Shown piece after piece: positions 60,786 to 61,752 of a stretch of DNA of 61,752 nucleotides (positions are counted from its first letter, which is position 1; each line of letters begins with the position of its first letter). Source of the DNA: Octopus bimaculoides (taxonomy: Eukaryota); assembly GCF_001194135.2 (NCBI RefSeq), contig NC_068984.1:130242304-130304055 (forward strand), written 5' to 3'. The notes under the pieces are model-generated. The model was given only the letters and a program-made list of their open reading frames with translations. It had not been told where the DNA came from and did no database searches. Position numbers and translations under genes: made by a program.

Positions 60786-60794
60786 TTTTCGAAG

Positions 60795-61040
60795 ATAAGG
60801 CAGAACGTACTCTAGAATAGTCTCTTCCTGAGTAGTGGATCGACCCACTAAACAGAGGATTCCAAGGTGGCAAACACAAACCAAGACATGAAAAAATGGA
60901 CAGTGAAAACAACATTAAAAAGCCGTGGGGCCAAACGTGAATCTGGTATTGAACGCTAGTGATAGGACGAAGCTGGACGGAGAAAAAACAGTTCGTCTCG
61001 CCTTCATAGTGGCAGGAGTGAAAAAGAGAGAGTTGACCAC
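60795..61040 (+). pseudogene. Possible RTE-clade LINE C-terminal remnant
   Basis: KWTVKTTLKAVG...ASDRTK resembles the W...V..DLK..G......A.DR..W tail of RTE-type ORFs; heavily decayed. Confidence 0.35.
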
Positions 61041-61239
61041 AGGTCACACGTGAGCAGAGAGGATGGTAGCGGGAGGAAGTGGAACAAGGAGGTATGTTTG
61101 TGTGTCTGTGTTTGTCTCCCCCCCCCCCAAACATCGCTTGACAACCGATGCTGGTGTGTTTACGTGCCCGTAACTTAGCTACAAATGATAAACAGCTGGA
61201 AACATTACTACAAACAGTACATGAATTTATCAAAGAAAT

Positions 61240-61752
61240 AAACATGTTTTACAGCTTTTGTTATTTCTTCTTTTTCTTCATAGTTGTTAGGTACTATGAA
61301 TTATTTTTTGTATTTGTCAGCTTCCTTAAAGACAGAAAACAATTTTTTTGCTTTGTTCGTGTTTTGGGGGCTATTTGTATTAGTTTTCCTTGCTCCTGAA
61401 GTAGGTATTTCTGTAGTCCTATGGTGGTTATTTTGTAATAGTTTTCTAGCTGTCGAAGGCCGCTACCACCTTCAATACGTTGTGTATATAGCCTTTCTAT
61501 GTCATATTTTGGGTGGTGCATCCTAAATCCTGTCGTTATTTTTCTTGTTTTCATGTCTATTTTGATTAGTTCATTTAGAGTCCAGTTGCAGCTGTAACTT
61601 ATAACTGGGATGGCTAGAGTGTTGATACCTATTATCTTGCTTTTCGCATTGAGCTCTCTTTTCAGTATTAATCTGACTTTGGTCTAGTTCTTTTATTTCA
61701 TTTGCTTCATCTAGTGTGATGTTGCTACTCTTAACTAGTTTTCCTCTTTTCA
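61240..61752 (-). pseudogene. R4/Dong-type LINE reverse transcriptase C-terminal region (runs off window)
   Basis: KRGKLVKS...IKELDQ, an internal deletion, then VRLILKRELNAKSKIIGINTLAIPVISYS...KTRKITTGFRMHHPKYDIERLYTQRIEGGSGL (HP.ADV.RLY..R..GG.GL motif). Confidence 0.85.

Noticed and set aside
59856-61752. One continuous intact R4/Dong element
   Set aside because: The zinc-knuckle region between RT and endonuclease is missing, the RLE piece begins at its own (AAT)n tract, and the RT piece has an internal deletion; treated as separate fossils.

Overview
Repeat-saturated, gap-rich eukaryotic DNA with no intact protein-coding gene, rRNA, functional tRNA or CRISPR array that I can support. The repeat content is what I associate with a coleoid cephalopod, probably Octopus; this is an inference, not a database result. 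Almost all listed ORFs are microsatellite or N-run artefacts. The window holds dozens of tRNA-headed SINE copies, which I label with my own working names: A (internal microsatellite), B (short, ATT or AAGAAAT tails), C (CAA tail), D/E (central CORE-like domain), plus unclassified repeats G, H and X. It also holds fossil transposons recognisable from degenerate translations: a rearranged mariner (10.4-11.8 kb), a second mariner 3' end (31.4-31.6 kb), a hAT Buster/Charlie-type transposase split by nested SINEs (15.2-18.1 kb), two hAT MITEs with perfect 8-bp TSDs, R4/Dong-type RLE LINE pieces (34.6-35.2, 59.8-60.1, 61.2-61.75 kb), an RTE-like remnant, and a Penelope-like RT/GIY-YIG relic (46.4-47.0 kb). 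The most interesting signals are: (1) minimal hammerhead-ribozyme motifs of Penelope pLTR type, including a multi-copy family with a non-canonical CUGUUGA core; (2) a separate full-consensus hammerhead core at 56.6 kb; (3) a repeated tail-to-tail junction suggesting an (AAT)n-targeting element lands in SINE-B tails; (4) module shuffling among SINE families; (5) fold-back structures. Repeat boundaries are read by eye and approximate (about 10-20 bp) unless a TSD is quoted.
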